NCBI GenBank assembly: GCA_000934665.2
Contig: JYFJ02001310.1
Coordinates: 1 to 64,000, forward strand
Direction of reading: 5' to 3'
Length of the DNA stretch: 64,000 nt
Source: Catajapyx aquilonaris
Taxonomy: Eukaryota
Part shown: in pieces, positions 44,701 through 56,637 of the stretch
How positions within the stretch are numbered: the stretch's first letter is position 1
Layout of the letters: each line of letters begins with the position of its first letter
Position numbers and translations under genes: made by a program
The notes under the pieces: model-generated
The model's database searches: none
Told to the model about the DNA's origin: nothing
The model's input: the letters and a program-made list of their open reading frames with translations, nothing else

Positions 44701-45064
44701 GAGTCAGCGCCACCCGGTGAACAGCAAGCAGCGCAAGCTATACCAAACGGGCTTCAAGTTTGTCTGGAACCTAGAGAGCGGTTCGTACACGGTGGTGGAC
44801 ACGGATGCCCTCGTTGAACCCCCGTTCCCCGCCAAGGTTGGATCACCTTCCTCAGGGAGTGGAGAAGACTGGAGAGAGAGCTGGCATCCGGCCAGAGAGG
44901 TTTGCCACCAGATGCGCCAGGAGCTATTCAGGCTTGATCGAGACTGGCAGAGGCATCTCAGGGCCTTCTCAAACGAGTCTGTCCACCGGGGAAGGTCACT
45001 TGACTTACTGGAGGATAGGGAAAATTTCGTGGGGCTCGTCCTGGATTTGGATACTGCCGCTTAA
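41719..45064 (+). CDS. DCAF15: DDB1- and CUL4-associated factor 15
   Basis: Exons 41719-41847, 41985-42103, 42191-42436, 42808-43330, 43402-43803, 43887-44249, 44411-44545, 44621-45064 give 2361 nt (786 aa). Motifs: GHVFMGFTECGQFLLSYT, YRLHWW, ICQWP, CLRHG..LHT..DVVPPYPRF.P, VINTG, LPLEVHG.GY, FDFEQ, DYDVEIVDVC, F.WNL.SG.Y. Confidence 0.88.
42507..42601. promoter_or_regulatory. Tandem array of six RFX X-box-like motifs in DCAF15 intron 3
   Basis: 14-mers starting at 42507, 42524, 42540, 42556, 42572 and 42588, each resembling GTTGCCATGGCAAC. Confidence 0.7.
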
Positions 45065-47422
45065 TAGAGGCGGGAGGGGATGTGCATTTTTAACCTCCTT
45101 GAGAGAGAAGACTGGGACTTGGGGATGGTTTCAGACTTCTTTGTCACTGCAGCAGGGATAATCCACCAGGAGACGACCTCGGTTTTGTCTGTATTTGTGG
45201 CGGTGTGTGCTTTGGAAGGCAGTTATTATTCACATGAATATACGACATCGAAAGCTGGATGGCGCATGTAACATTTTCTGCCTTCTGATAACGAGTTGAA
45301 TCACACATTGCGAAGACTTTTTATTGTATTAACTCATTGCAAACGTACGAGATGGTAGGGTATGATTTGGAAAAATAGCAATAATTGCAATGTGAACAGT
45401 CGGCAGAAGTTGGAAATGTCATGTGTGTCTTTCGCATCGAAGGTAATGTATTTTCTTGGTCGTCTGCCTTACTACATATTTATGTACTTGTAACCAGTTT
45501 TCAGTGGGTTATCCTTGCTTCACTAATTCAGGAAGTGTGGAACGGCCCTTACCGCACTACTTCATACGCAGGCCTTCCTTCCCTGCTTTTAATTTTTTTA
45601 CACCTGTTCTTCAATTTATTTTTAAGTTGTCCAATTGCAACATGTCGGTTTGAGTTTAATTACAGCATTGGAAGCCACTAGCATTGTTTGCTGGGAAAAG
45701 CCGCAACAAGTCTCTTTGCTAGTAATGGCTGCTTTTAGCAGCTGCAGACAGAAAGTGAGACATCGAATTTGGAATACAACTGAATGAGTGAAATCAAACT
45801 GCAGGATATTTGGTCAAAGTGCAAGTTGCAACTCTGGAAAATCAATTATTTCGCCGTTTGTTGTTTGTTGTACTGCAATAATTGTTTAATTTGGTTCGAT
45901 GGCACCGAGGACCTCCATTGGCACTTGTTGAAATGTGCTGGGTCTTGTCACGTGCTACAGTTTTTACTGGGCCATGTATGGAGCTTTACTGCGTTTGGAA
46001 TAGAAACTAGACCAAATTAATTAAAGTCAACCTAACCTTGAAATCACACCCTTTTCTGATATTCGAAGCATACAACTTGCACTTTGACGGGAGTTTTTAT
46101 GTGAAGGAGGATCAGGCTCATTGCATTAATATGGATATTGCTAAAACCAGATGGGCGTACAATGTTCAATACACATGTCCTGTCTTTCCAATGAGATTGC
46201 AGGCTGCCCTTCAAATTAGCCGATGGTTTTACTTGACCATGATCGGTGCCATTGGCAGAATTTTGCTGAAGTAGTCCTTACAAAAACATAACCTCAATCC
46301 AAAATTATGCTTCTGGATGTACTGCTTTGCATTTAAAGGTGCTGTTTGAAGCAGTAACGACATCGTGCTTTATGAATCAAAATGCGAGTTCAGCTCATTA
46401 TGGAAATTGGCTAGCAGAAATATGGAAATTGTTCAAGTGCTTTGAGTACCAAGTAGGGGACAAAATAATGCATAATACAGCAGCCATCAGTGGCTAATTC
46501 CCGGTGCGCATATTTGTCGTTCACTTCAGTACAGCAACAAATACTGTATATTGCCATGATTTTTTTATATAGAGAACTTGAGCAGGATGAGAGGATAGAA
46601 TGTCCTTTAATAGGCCTAAGAAAACTGCATAATATGAAGAACGGGTTACCTCTTTTTGATCAAATGACTGACGTGAGCAAAACGGACGCATATGATAACC
46701 ATTTGAAGTACTCAGGTGTCTGGCCGCACTCAATCAAGCAAATCGGATCGTTTTTAAAAAAATGTTGCAATGGCTACACAGGATATTTTGTTGTCCCCGG
46801 TTCAAGCTGATGCGGAGCTTATTGGGGTACATGTGGCATTACCTTTATTTAAGTGCATAATATTTAAAGAGTAACTGCAAGAGTTGGGTCTCGTACCATC
46901 TGCAACTTGAAACCTGGTTGAATCAGCTACTTGTGATTTGTATATGCCAAAAGCCAAAGCAATTTGTGGGCACTATCATCAGCATAATAATTGTCTGGAG
47001 AAATGCAAATAATTTTATTTGCGAAGTTTTGTTTGTAAGTTACATTTGTCTGTGATTTTTTGAGACAGGGACCAGTTATTAAAAAATCCCACCTTTTTTT
47101 CTGTTTTCTAATTGTATGTATGACCATTTTTAAGGTACCTCCCCCGCCCCCCCTCCCCTTGTTCCTATTCAGGAAGGTGACAAATGAAAAAGCATAATGA
47201 AAGGCTCAAAAGTGGAGACACTTTATTAGTTGTGGTCAATAGTGTAAACATGCCTTACTGTTTGTGGTGGTAATAAAAAAGTCAGATTTGAAGCAACAAT
47301 TAATATTTATTTTCTTAAACAATTATTAGCAACATTCATGCGGATTTGAGAGGAAGAGCGGAAAAGTACAGAACGGATATGAAAGTAGAAAGTGGTCCCG
47401 AATGATTTGTCGAGGTTGCGTC

Positions 47423-49195
47423 TTATCGGTTTGCGGCTGCTCCCTCCGGTTCTGATTTCCCTGCTTCTTGAATCTTCGGTATGGCAGCTTCCCATGCAGA
47501 CAAACACTGGAAAACATGACAATGCTATAACAGACTTTGAATTAAAGAAAGACATGACATCATTGTCTGGCCGAGATGGGTAATTTTTTTAAAGCGTGAC
47601 TGTCCTCTACCAACCTTTTCGTACATCTGAACCTGATGCTTGGCCATGTCCGTTATTATCCTCTTGAGGTCCTCCTTCTTTTCCTTCTGCCACCTCTCCG
47701 TCTCCCCCCTGAGATCCTCGTTGGCACACTCAAGCCTGTCTTGGCTCGAGCCCACCTTCAGCTTCAGATCTGCTATGCTCTTATCCAGTTTTGTCTCCCG
47801 CTCTTCCTTCACCTCCTCGGGACTTTTCCATAGCGAGGGACCAAATGAGAACACCGGTGCTTCTCCGCTCTTCAGCTGTACGTGAAAATAATTTCATATT
47901 ATGTTGCGTTACTTGGTTCATCAATGACTATCCCTTTTTATAGGGAAACGTTATTATTGTATGTACATCTCGTAATAACTCACTCCATCTTGTTCCTCCT
48001 TTTTCCGCTCCAGTTCTTCAACACAGTTCTCGTGCTGGGCCTGGATTGCGTCCCTCCTAAGCGTGGCCTCCTTTGCTGCCTCCACGTACAACAGGTACTC
48101 TTTCAGAGGCTGGGCGAACCTCCTTTCATGTGCTTCCAACAGCTCCTCCTGTGCTTGGCAGCACTGTCCAAACGCAAATGACAGGCCATCCAACGCAGGA
48201 CGCAGAGCTGTTGCCTCTTCTGCTCCGGCCCATAACGTCAGCAGTGGATTAACCCGCTTCAAGGTGGCCACGTAATCAAACCGCTCTGAAGCTACCTTGC
48301 GTCCTGTCAATTCAATCTGAGCCAGTTTCTCACCTAGACTGGCCAGGTATGTCTGAAACGGCTTGAATTCTGGATCCGGTTGGCCCCGTCCAGTTGGAAC
48401 GGATTGTGGACGAGCTTTCTTGTGCACTGAAAATTCTGACGGTTTGGCTGATAGGAAGACGCAAAAGTCTGGATCAAAGGACAAGGTAGGATGACGTGCC
48501 AGTCGAGTAAGGAAGCGCTGCAGGAGGGCCATGCGGGCCATAACAAAGGCACGGGCAAACCGGTCCAACTGGCCCAGGAGCGTGTGCTTCTCCGGTATCG
48601 GCGGGACTATATGAGTCGGATGCGTTCCTACCAACTTGGAGCGAAGCCATGCGAAGTCATTGTAGCGCCGCCGCACCGAGAATTCCGTCTCCGAGAACTC
48701 CGGACGGCTAGTCTGCAATTGAGTCTATTAATAATGGCAACAGTACGTTGAAAGTCCGCCCTTACCTTCGTGATGATCTGAAAGGTAACGTATGTCTCCA
48801 TCGTAGTGACATGCTTCTGCGGATTGTCCACTCTCACCTGCAGGTCCGTATCCTCATCCGGCTTATCACTCGGCGACAGCTCATCCAGCGATATAGTCTT
48901 ATCCTGTAATGCACATACGATTAAAATCAAGCATGTCAGTGACAGTGGCATTCGGCATATCAACCCACAGTAAAATCAAGCAATGCGACGAACCGTGCCT
49001 GTCAGGGTCACTGGTGCAAAAGCTGCCATACAAATGTGTCTTTCCCGAATACGTAACACTTACAATGGACTTTGTGTCGGCGAGTCCCTGCAGACTCATA
49101 GTAGCCCTAGTTTCCGACTCTTCAAGTGACGGAGACGTGTCCTCTTCTCTTCCAAGAGGCCCGTCATCTTCAGACAAACCCGCAACGGCCGCCAT
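47423..49195 (-). CDS. Sorting nexin 7/30-like (PX-BAR)
   Basis: Exons 49195-49064, 48903-48766, 48712-47984, 47875-47615, 47506-47423 give 1344 nt (447 aa). Motifs: VDNPQKHVTTMETYVTF, VRRRYNDFAWLRSKL..HPTHIVPPIPEKH, HPTLS, LKEYLLY.E...RRDAIQ, ECANEDLR...ERW, YEKCLSAWE. Confidence 0.92.
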
Positions 49196-49593
49196 TTTAA
49201 ACTTTCTGAACCCACCCACTATTAAGTGACGTCACGTGCTTCCCGGCTGAACACACCCACTTCAGTGACGTCACATTGATGACGTCACTTATTGGCTTAG
49301 CTGCTATGCGACTTTGAGCCCCCCCACCTTTTGCGTCATCGGCCTGTGGATCCAACATGGCGGCTCCTTCTCGGGCAGAATAAAGATGGCGGCCGATTCC
49401 TCGTTCCGTGTTCCGCGACCGGCCCCGTCCCCACACCGCTGAGAGGGGCAGCAGGCCAAGGGGCGGGACACAGGGGCGGACACCACATAGGCCAAGAAGA
49501 GGGGAGCAAGGCCAGAGGGGAGGGGGGACCAGTGCAGCAGCTGTGGGGGGCTGGTGCACGAGGGTCCGGTCGCCGCCGATCGATCAGCACGGA
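49196..49593. promoter_or_regulatory. Bidirectional promoter between SNX7/30 and STK11, with a CRE cluster
   Basis: TGACGTCA at 49227, 49266 and 49280; CACGTG at 49233; ATTGG at 49291; TTGCGTCA at 49331; YY1-like CAACATGGCGGC (49353) and AAGATGGCGGC (49383). Confidence 0.8.
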
Positions 49594-52500
49594 ATGGAGG
49601 AAGTAGTAGGAGGAGGGGACCTAGAAGGAGGGGCAGCACAGGGGCAGGATGGACCAGGGGCGGACCGGATCATCTCCTGCGCTTCTCCAGTGTTGGAGCA
49701 GCAGCAGCATCACCAGCCGGTCATCTTCTCCGACTGGCTATCGGAGGAGGACGACCCCATCTCAAACATCTTCCATAGGGTTGACTCGGACCAGATCATC
49801 TACCAGGTACGGTACAAGGACATGCAGAAAAAAAGCAGGTGGACTAACACTGTTTTGGTAACAAACAAGGCTAAGAAGAAGCGGTGCAAACTGATCGGCC
49901 AGTATGTGATGGGCGACCTACTAGGAGAAGGAAGCTACGGGAAAGTAAAGGAGGTGATGGACTCGGTAACGCTCAGAAGGCTTGCAGTCAAGATACTAAA
50001 GAAGAGGAAGCTGAGGAGGATACCTAACGGCGAAGAGAATGTGCGCAGGTAAGACCCTACACACGTCTTTTCAGATAAAATGCGGGTGACTGGATTCATT
50101 GCATTTTCGCAGAGAGATAAGGCTGCTGAGGAGACTCAATTACAAGAATGTGATTCGTCTCTATGATGTCCTGTACAACGAAGAGAAGCAAAAGATGTAC
50201 ATGGTGATGGAGTACTGTGCTGGGAGCCTTCAGGACATGCTGGAGAAAACCCCACAGAAGAAGTTTCCTGTCTGGCAGGCACACGGGTAAGGTTCATGAA
50301 ACGTGCAAGTATTGATGTTGAGTCACACCTTTTCATTGTCAATTTGTAGGTATTTTTGCCAGCTGATAGATGGACTGGAGTATATGCATAGTCAAGGGAT
50401 TATTCATAAGGATATTAAGCCAGGGAACCTGTTGATTGACCTAGACGAGAGGCTCAAAATCTCGGACTTGGGTGTTGCTGAGGTGAGCACAGGGCTTGAT
50501 TTATGCGAGAGAGCTCAATTGACGGGCTCTTTTTTTATTCAGGCTCTGGACACCTTTGCAAGTGATGACATGTGCCATACGAGTCAAGGCTCCCCAGCCT
50601 TCCAGCCACCAGAGATTGCCAATGGACTGGAAAAGTTCTCAGGTTTCAAGGTGGATGTGTGGAGTAGTGGAGTCACCCTGTGAGTAGACTTACTGGTCGT
50701 ACATTCCGTCAGCATAATTTTATCTTCCACCGTTTAATTTATAGGTACAACATAACCACCGGTTGTTATCCGTTTGAGGGCAACAACATATTCCGGCTGT
50801 TTGAGAACATCGGAAATGGTGTGTACACTATTCCTGATGAGGTAGACTCGCTACTTAGGAGTCTTTTGGAAGGGATGTTGCTGAAGGATGCCCAGGAGAG
50901 GTTCACGCTTAACCAGATTAGGAGACATGCGTAAGTGTTTGCTTCCCCACATATCTGGCCTACGCAGTGTTGGCAGTGTTTTTCGTGTCCTCACCTGTAA
51001 ATATTTGTCCTGAGTAACTCTTCCTGAATTGTTGACAGATGGTTTGTGAAAAAGCACCCTCGTACCTTGGAGGTAGTCCCCCTGCCACAAATTCCAGGTA
51101 ATGAGCTTCGCAGCATGACTGTGCTTCCCTACCTGGAGGAACTACATTACGGAGCATCGGAGGGATCAGAGAGCCAAGAGTACATCACGGAGCACCAACT
51201 AAATGGTCAGTGGTGCTTTTTGCGTACATGTTGTTGTCGCATGATATGGCATTTGCAGTAGGCCATCTGATAAAACTTTAATCAATATTGCCTAATTTGG
51301 ACATGAAAATAATCGATGGTTTCATTTTGCATACATTATAGAAAAGCATTTTTGATTCTGAATATACTAATCATCTTTTGCTGCAATCTTATTCCATTTT
51401 GCAATGTACCTTTTTTTTATTTACAGTATGACAGTGAATGTGTAGTTTGAAATTATTTCACACTAGCTGACATAGGTTTTGATGTGCTCAGGACAGACTT
51501 ATCTTGCATCATCTGTGTGCATAATATATGTGACAAGGATCTTGCACAAAGGAAAAGTAAACAGGAAAATCTTTAGTATGGATGGTTGTGATCTGAATTT
51601 TTTGTTGTAGAATAAGATGCCTACTTTTTTTAAATGTCTACTGCAGGCGCCACAATTTCCTGGTGAGTCTAAAGTCTTGTCTTGTAACCACATAACGATC
51701 CATTGGTGTGGGATTGTGGAAACTACTGACTCACAAGTAGCATTGTATAATGACACTTTTAATTATTATCATCGTCCATGGATCTGCAGGAGTGTTGCCA
51801 CTTTTGTAGGACCCTCTTGACCCAGTTGTATCCAGTCGCATTAAGGGACCAGTCAAGTGATCAGAAGTAAATGCAGCACAAGTTGGTAATCTTAATCCGA
51901 ACAACTTGGATCCACTAATTGTGTTGTGTTTACCAGGTATCATGCAACCAGCCCTAATTAACAACCTTCAGTCATGAATTGTGGATTTTGATACATAATT
52001 GGAGAATATCTCTCGATTTGTGTTTTTATAGTCAAGCTTAAAATATGATTTTAAAAATCTCATTTCATTCTCAAATGAAGTTGTATATTTTCCAATTTCG
52101 CAAGTGACAACCGAGGACAAAATGTGTGCCACTTTTGTTGTTTTTATTTTTATTAAATATTCTGGGTATAGTGTTGCTGCATGTTATCAGGTGACAATGC
52201 TGTTGGAGTATCCTGAGAGTGCATGTCTGGACAGGTTGCGTGATGTTTGCGCTCACAAGGAACATTCATGCTCTGTACTGAAGGCAGTTGGTACTGAAAA
52301 GAGAGGCAAAAGTTGGCAAAACAGCACCCAATTATATGAAAACTAATATTTTATCATTTGTGCATCTCTCTCTAATTGTGCTTGAATTGTCATGAAAATG
52401 AGCATAACAACTTGCACTTAGAATTTAATAATTATGGCTAGTAGAATTTTGACTCACCTTATGTTGAGTGGTGGCAGTCACATGCACACATTTGTTGTTA

Positions 52501-52727
52501 GAAATGCAAATGTTGCATTAAAACCCAGTGGCACTGATGCAAGCAATGGTCTCGTTATTTTCTCTTCAGAGGAGAGGCGACAACAGGAGATGGGCAACAC
52601 ACCAAAGAGATCTGTGGGTAACAGTGGCAGCGAGGAAGACAGACGTCGCTGCCAGACCAAGTCCCGATGGCGGAGCTCTATTTCATGCATAAATGTCCGC
52701 AACTTTCCCTCTTGTAAGCAGTCGTGA
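49594..52727 (+). CDS. STK11: Serine/threonine kinase STK11/LKB1
   Basis: Exons 49594-49806, 49870-50048, 50113-50286, 50350-50482, 50543-50679, 50745-50930, 51039-51205, 52570-52727 give 1347 nt (448 aa). Motifs: [62 protein letters not shown], and C-terminal CAAX CKQS. Confidence 0.97.
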
Positions 52728-54046
52728 CACAGCGAGTGTGAGAGTACATGCACAGTGGGTGGGTCAGTAAGGGGGGTGTGACGCGGAGGGTGACAAAGAG
52801 TGCCATTCTAAGTAAGTTAAACCAAAAAGAAAAGAATAACAAAAGCAAGCAGAGGAAAGGGGTTGTTCCTCTGGCAGTTCTGTGCACAAAGCTTTAAGTT
52901 TGTGGTTGATTGGAAGGAAAAACAACAACTAATAATAAGGAAAGGTCCGAGTCATATCAGTGCATATTTTTATATATGGATGTGTGTGTGTATATATACA
53001 TGAGATGTAACTCAGTAGGAAGTTTTTTTTTTTTTGTTATTATTATTATTATTTTGTGATTTGGCAAGAGTGTATGTATATGCCCTGTCTGCAAACCTTC
53101 CTCCTGTCCGATGATCCCAATCCTTCCTCCCTTTTACCAATATGTGAATGCATGTTTGCTTCATAAACAAGTTCCTGTACAAATAAGCATAATACAACAC
53201 ACAAAAAAGCAAAGCCAGATAATCGACACCACATAATATGTGACGAGTACCTCCCCCTCCCAAATCTGCAAAAAAAAAAGAAGAAAAAAAAAGCATTCCA
53301 TTATGTTTTCCTGCCTGCCAATTGTGTCGGTGAATAAAATTTTATTTCGTCTACAACATGCATTTTAACATCTGGACGACATCACGTACACTGGGATATA
53401 CTAGACAAACATACGGGCACTCTTGTTGTGACATAAGAATAAAAGACAATCCGAGGCAAGAGGAGACTATGACTTGTAACAAATTACATTCACCACATAA
53501 AGTTAATTAATGAGTATGTTCAAAGTTGACAATCTTGATGCGCACACATCCCTCTTCTGAAAGTGGCCATCTGGCATGATGGTCAATCTGACAAGCAGAT
53601 TTTACAGAAAGGATAATGTTTTGCAACATAGGGAAAAATGCAGGGTGATTTAAAAGGTATCTGAAAAATAGCTGTTCTCAACAATCACCCATTCACAAAC
53701 ATCGGTGTATTGTTTAAATTCAATTTGTGTAGGAGGTGCGAGTAACTATAGCCGCCCAAATTCATAAATATATTGAAAGAAGTGGTTTGATATCCAAATG
53801 AAAAATTATTGTTTTCAGGAAGTGCTGGAGAGACTGATGGCCTTTTCTGCAATCGACCAAAGAGTATTGGCTAAACTTACAGTACTCTGCTCAATGCTTT
53901 TTTATTAAATCTTTGCTCCAAGCAGCAGCAGAGAAATGAAGGCACATAAATCGTGAGTACTATTGTAGTTAGCTAGATTTTCCATACTGTCTCAAAATTG
54001 CAACAAAGTTGCCATGGCTCATATATTTGGTCACTGATAACACTGA

Positions 54047-56637
54047 TCACTTCCGGTGGTGTGTTCCATTAGCATAACCATTTGAATGGCCGTTTGAGTA
54101 GCCACTGGAATGGCCGTTGGTGTGGCCATTGGTATGGTTGTTGCTGGCACCGGTCACATGTCCATTCACTGCCTCCTTTTTGGCTTGGATGTGGTCGGAC
54201 TCGTACAAGGGCATGCACAATCCATTGAGCCCTTTTCTAACCTGCCCATTGCCATTGGCTTGCGCCTTCACCTTGGCTGCATTGGTCTTGTATTCATTGA
54301 CGTAGAAGTTGGTGAAGAGCGATATGAGCGTGATGCAGTACACTATGATGTACCAGTTTACCACAAAGGGAAAGTCACAGGTAGAGGTGTAGATCATGCC
54401 AGTCACCGTGTGGGTCACGATAGCCAAGAACTGGATCTGTTGGGATAAAGCAAAAGTCAGGCAACTATATTCTGAGGCCTCGTCTGAGTGGACGGTGGCT
54501 TACCAGTTGGAGTTGAGTTAGGTAGCGCTTCCACCAGAGGTACTTCTGCATGCTGGGTCCGCATGCAGAGAGGAAGTAATATGTGTACATGACAACATGG
54601 ACAAAGGAGTTCACTGTGCACTGGAAGTATACTGAAAGGGAAAAAAGTATGGAAAAAAATTAATTTATTGAACAACCAGGCAAATACAACCTTCGAATAA
54701 TATTGCCTGCATACAGTTTGACAATAAATATTTAAACTTGCCGTGATGTAAAAACTATGCAGATCCAAATTTTTGCTGAGGGACACATTTCAGATGGGTT
54801 TACATTAATATTATTTTGAAAATAGTGAGCAAGTCCATCTCTTGTCTGAAGCCATCAGGTTTGCTACTATTCATCTATGAAAAATGACTTATTTTGTGAA
54901 AAACAACTGTTGAATAATTCAATTTACGTGTTGGTGAGAACATGGTTTTGATGGAGAACCAGTGCCTTGGACTGTGGGAAGTTGATAACCTTCAAGCCAA
55001 TTTTGATGGTCACATAAGAATGTGCTTGGACAATATTGTCAAGGTCCAGAATGTTATTATGCGGGTGCAGTTACTGTGTCACGTCCGACAAGTTTCAAAG
55101 ACATCGTGAAATGTGCAGCATTTGCCAGATTGAAGGGTGTAATTAAAAGTATTACTAGCCATATAATATTGCAGAATGAGCATAAGTTGCAGATTTTATG
55201 TAGATGCTGATTTTTATTGTAATTTTTATTGCAATAAGAAAAAAATGTTGTCCCCCAGCATCAAAGGCAACAGACTAAAAATTAAAACTTGCTTTAGGAA
55301 ACCTGGTTAACGTGCTATTGGTTCCAGTTTTGTGGGGCAAAAAGGCGGTACCTGCTGTACTTTCAAGTGTCGTGTATTGATATTTGACTTTCTGCTCACA
55401 CTACCTGTTACACTGGGTTTTGCCTCTGATTTAAAAAAGCTGGTGTCATTGCGCCAGTGTTGCAAAGCACTAACACTTTTTCCCCCTTATGTTCAAGAAC
55501 ACTTTGTTATATATTTTTTAAATATTAATTATTACATGTACTGTATTGTAGTGCTTGGCTTACTTTGACCTCCTGGTAGGTGTTTCGCAGCCAGCCACCA
55601 GTTCATTATCATGCTGAAGTGGTGATACACGTGCAGGAATGTAATCTGGTTATTCTTTCTCCGCAGTACAAAAAATATCTGCAAAATTCAAATAAATGGG
55701 TTAACACAAGGATGTCAACTGTAAATTTGGTAAAGACATGTTGGGAACTTTGCTAATTAATTAAACGGAAGGAACTAAGTATGGGGGACAGCAATTGCCA
55801 TTTTTTTTCTTACTCTCTCTCTCTCTCTTCCTGATTTGTACTCTGGATTTGTATACGTGACCAGAATATTGGTCCAGAGAAGTAGGTCGAACTTACTGTG
55901 TCAAATGTGTCCACCAGCTTCGAGAAAAAGAACCACCAGCAGGCTGCGGCCATCTGAAAAAAATAGTTTGAATGGTCACTGATCAGATATGAACAAATTG
56001 CTGGTGGCCATTTTATGACTCATTCAATATTTTACATTTTCTGACACAGGAATTAGGTGAAAGGTACAGAACAGGTCATCTCGTGCGGCATTTGACCCTT
56101 GAGTCATAAAGTAGCTTTCTTTTTGTACAATAATTCTTACCCTGCTTGGTAACTGCGTAGGTGCAGGGTCATATGACTGGCAGGTCAAGCGGTACCCAGA
56201 CAACCAGGCGGTCACCACGAACTGTTTTGGGAATAAAATAAAGCAATTATGATAATAATGTGCAGAACAGATTTAAAAAAAAACTAAACAGTAGCGTAAC
56301 TCATAACCGATTTTTATTTTCATGCATTCGCTCATGCCTTCTAAACGAGTAGGTGGGAAGTTATTACCAAAATTATGCATGAAATTTGGGTATAATTGCA
56401 TACTTTTGTCATGCAACAGTATGCAAATGTGATGGATGCTGACACGAACCTCTTTGAAAATATACGAGCAGAGTATGACTTGAAAAGCGTTGTAAGCCAG
56501 TAAAAGTGGCCGAAGTTGAAGAGGCTTTCGGTTCCTCATGGCGAAAGGTCCGAAGAACACTATGGCCAGATATGATGTCAGGATGAAGATGATTGGCTTC
56601 CAGCTTCTCATTAGGAACCAGTGCTGAACACGCGCAT
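54047..56637 (-). CDS. Very-long-chain fatty acid elongase (ELOVL family), 5'-partial model
   Basis: Exons 56637-56450, 56221-56141, 55953-55897, 55678-55564, 54631-54504, 54436-54047 are in one continuous frame. Motifs: [40 protein letters not shown] (HxxHH), [31 protein letters not shown]. The upstream coding exon was not identified. Confidence 0.93.

Noticed and set aside
50461..50475. DLG instead of DFG in the kinase
   Set aside because: DLG also occurs in canonical LKB1 (e.g. human), so it is not a defect.
51647..51662. Candidate LKB1 micro-exon CAG|GCGCCACAATTTCCTG|GTGAGT
   Set aside because: At 16 nt it would frameshift the CAAX exon; there is no support without RNA data.
54047..54260. 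NGH/NGY repeats in the ELOVL tail
   Set aside because: NG-rich low-complexity C-terminal tails are common in animal elongases.
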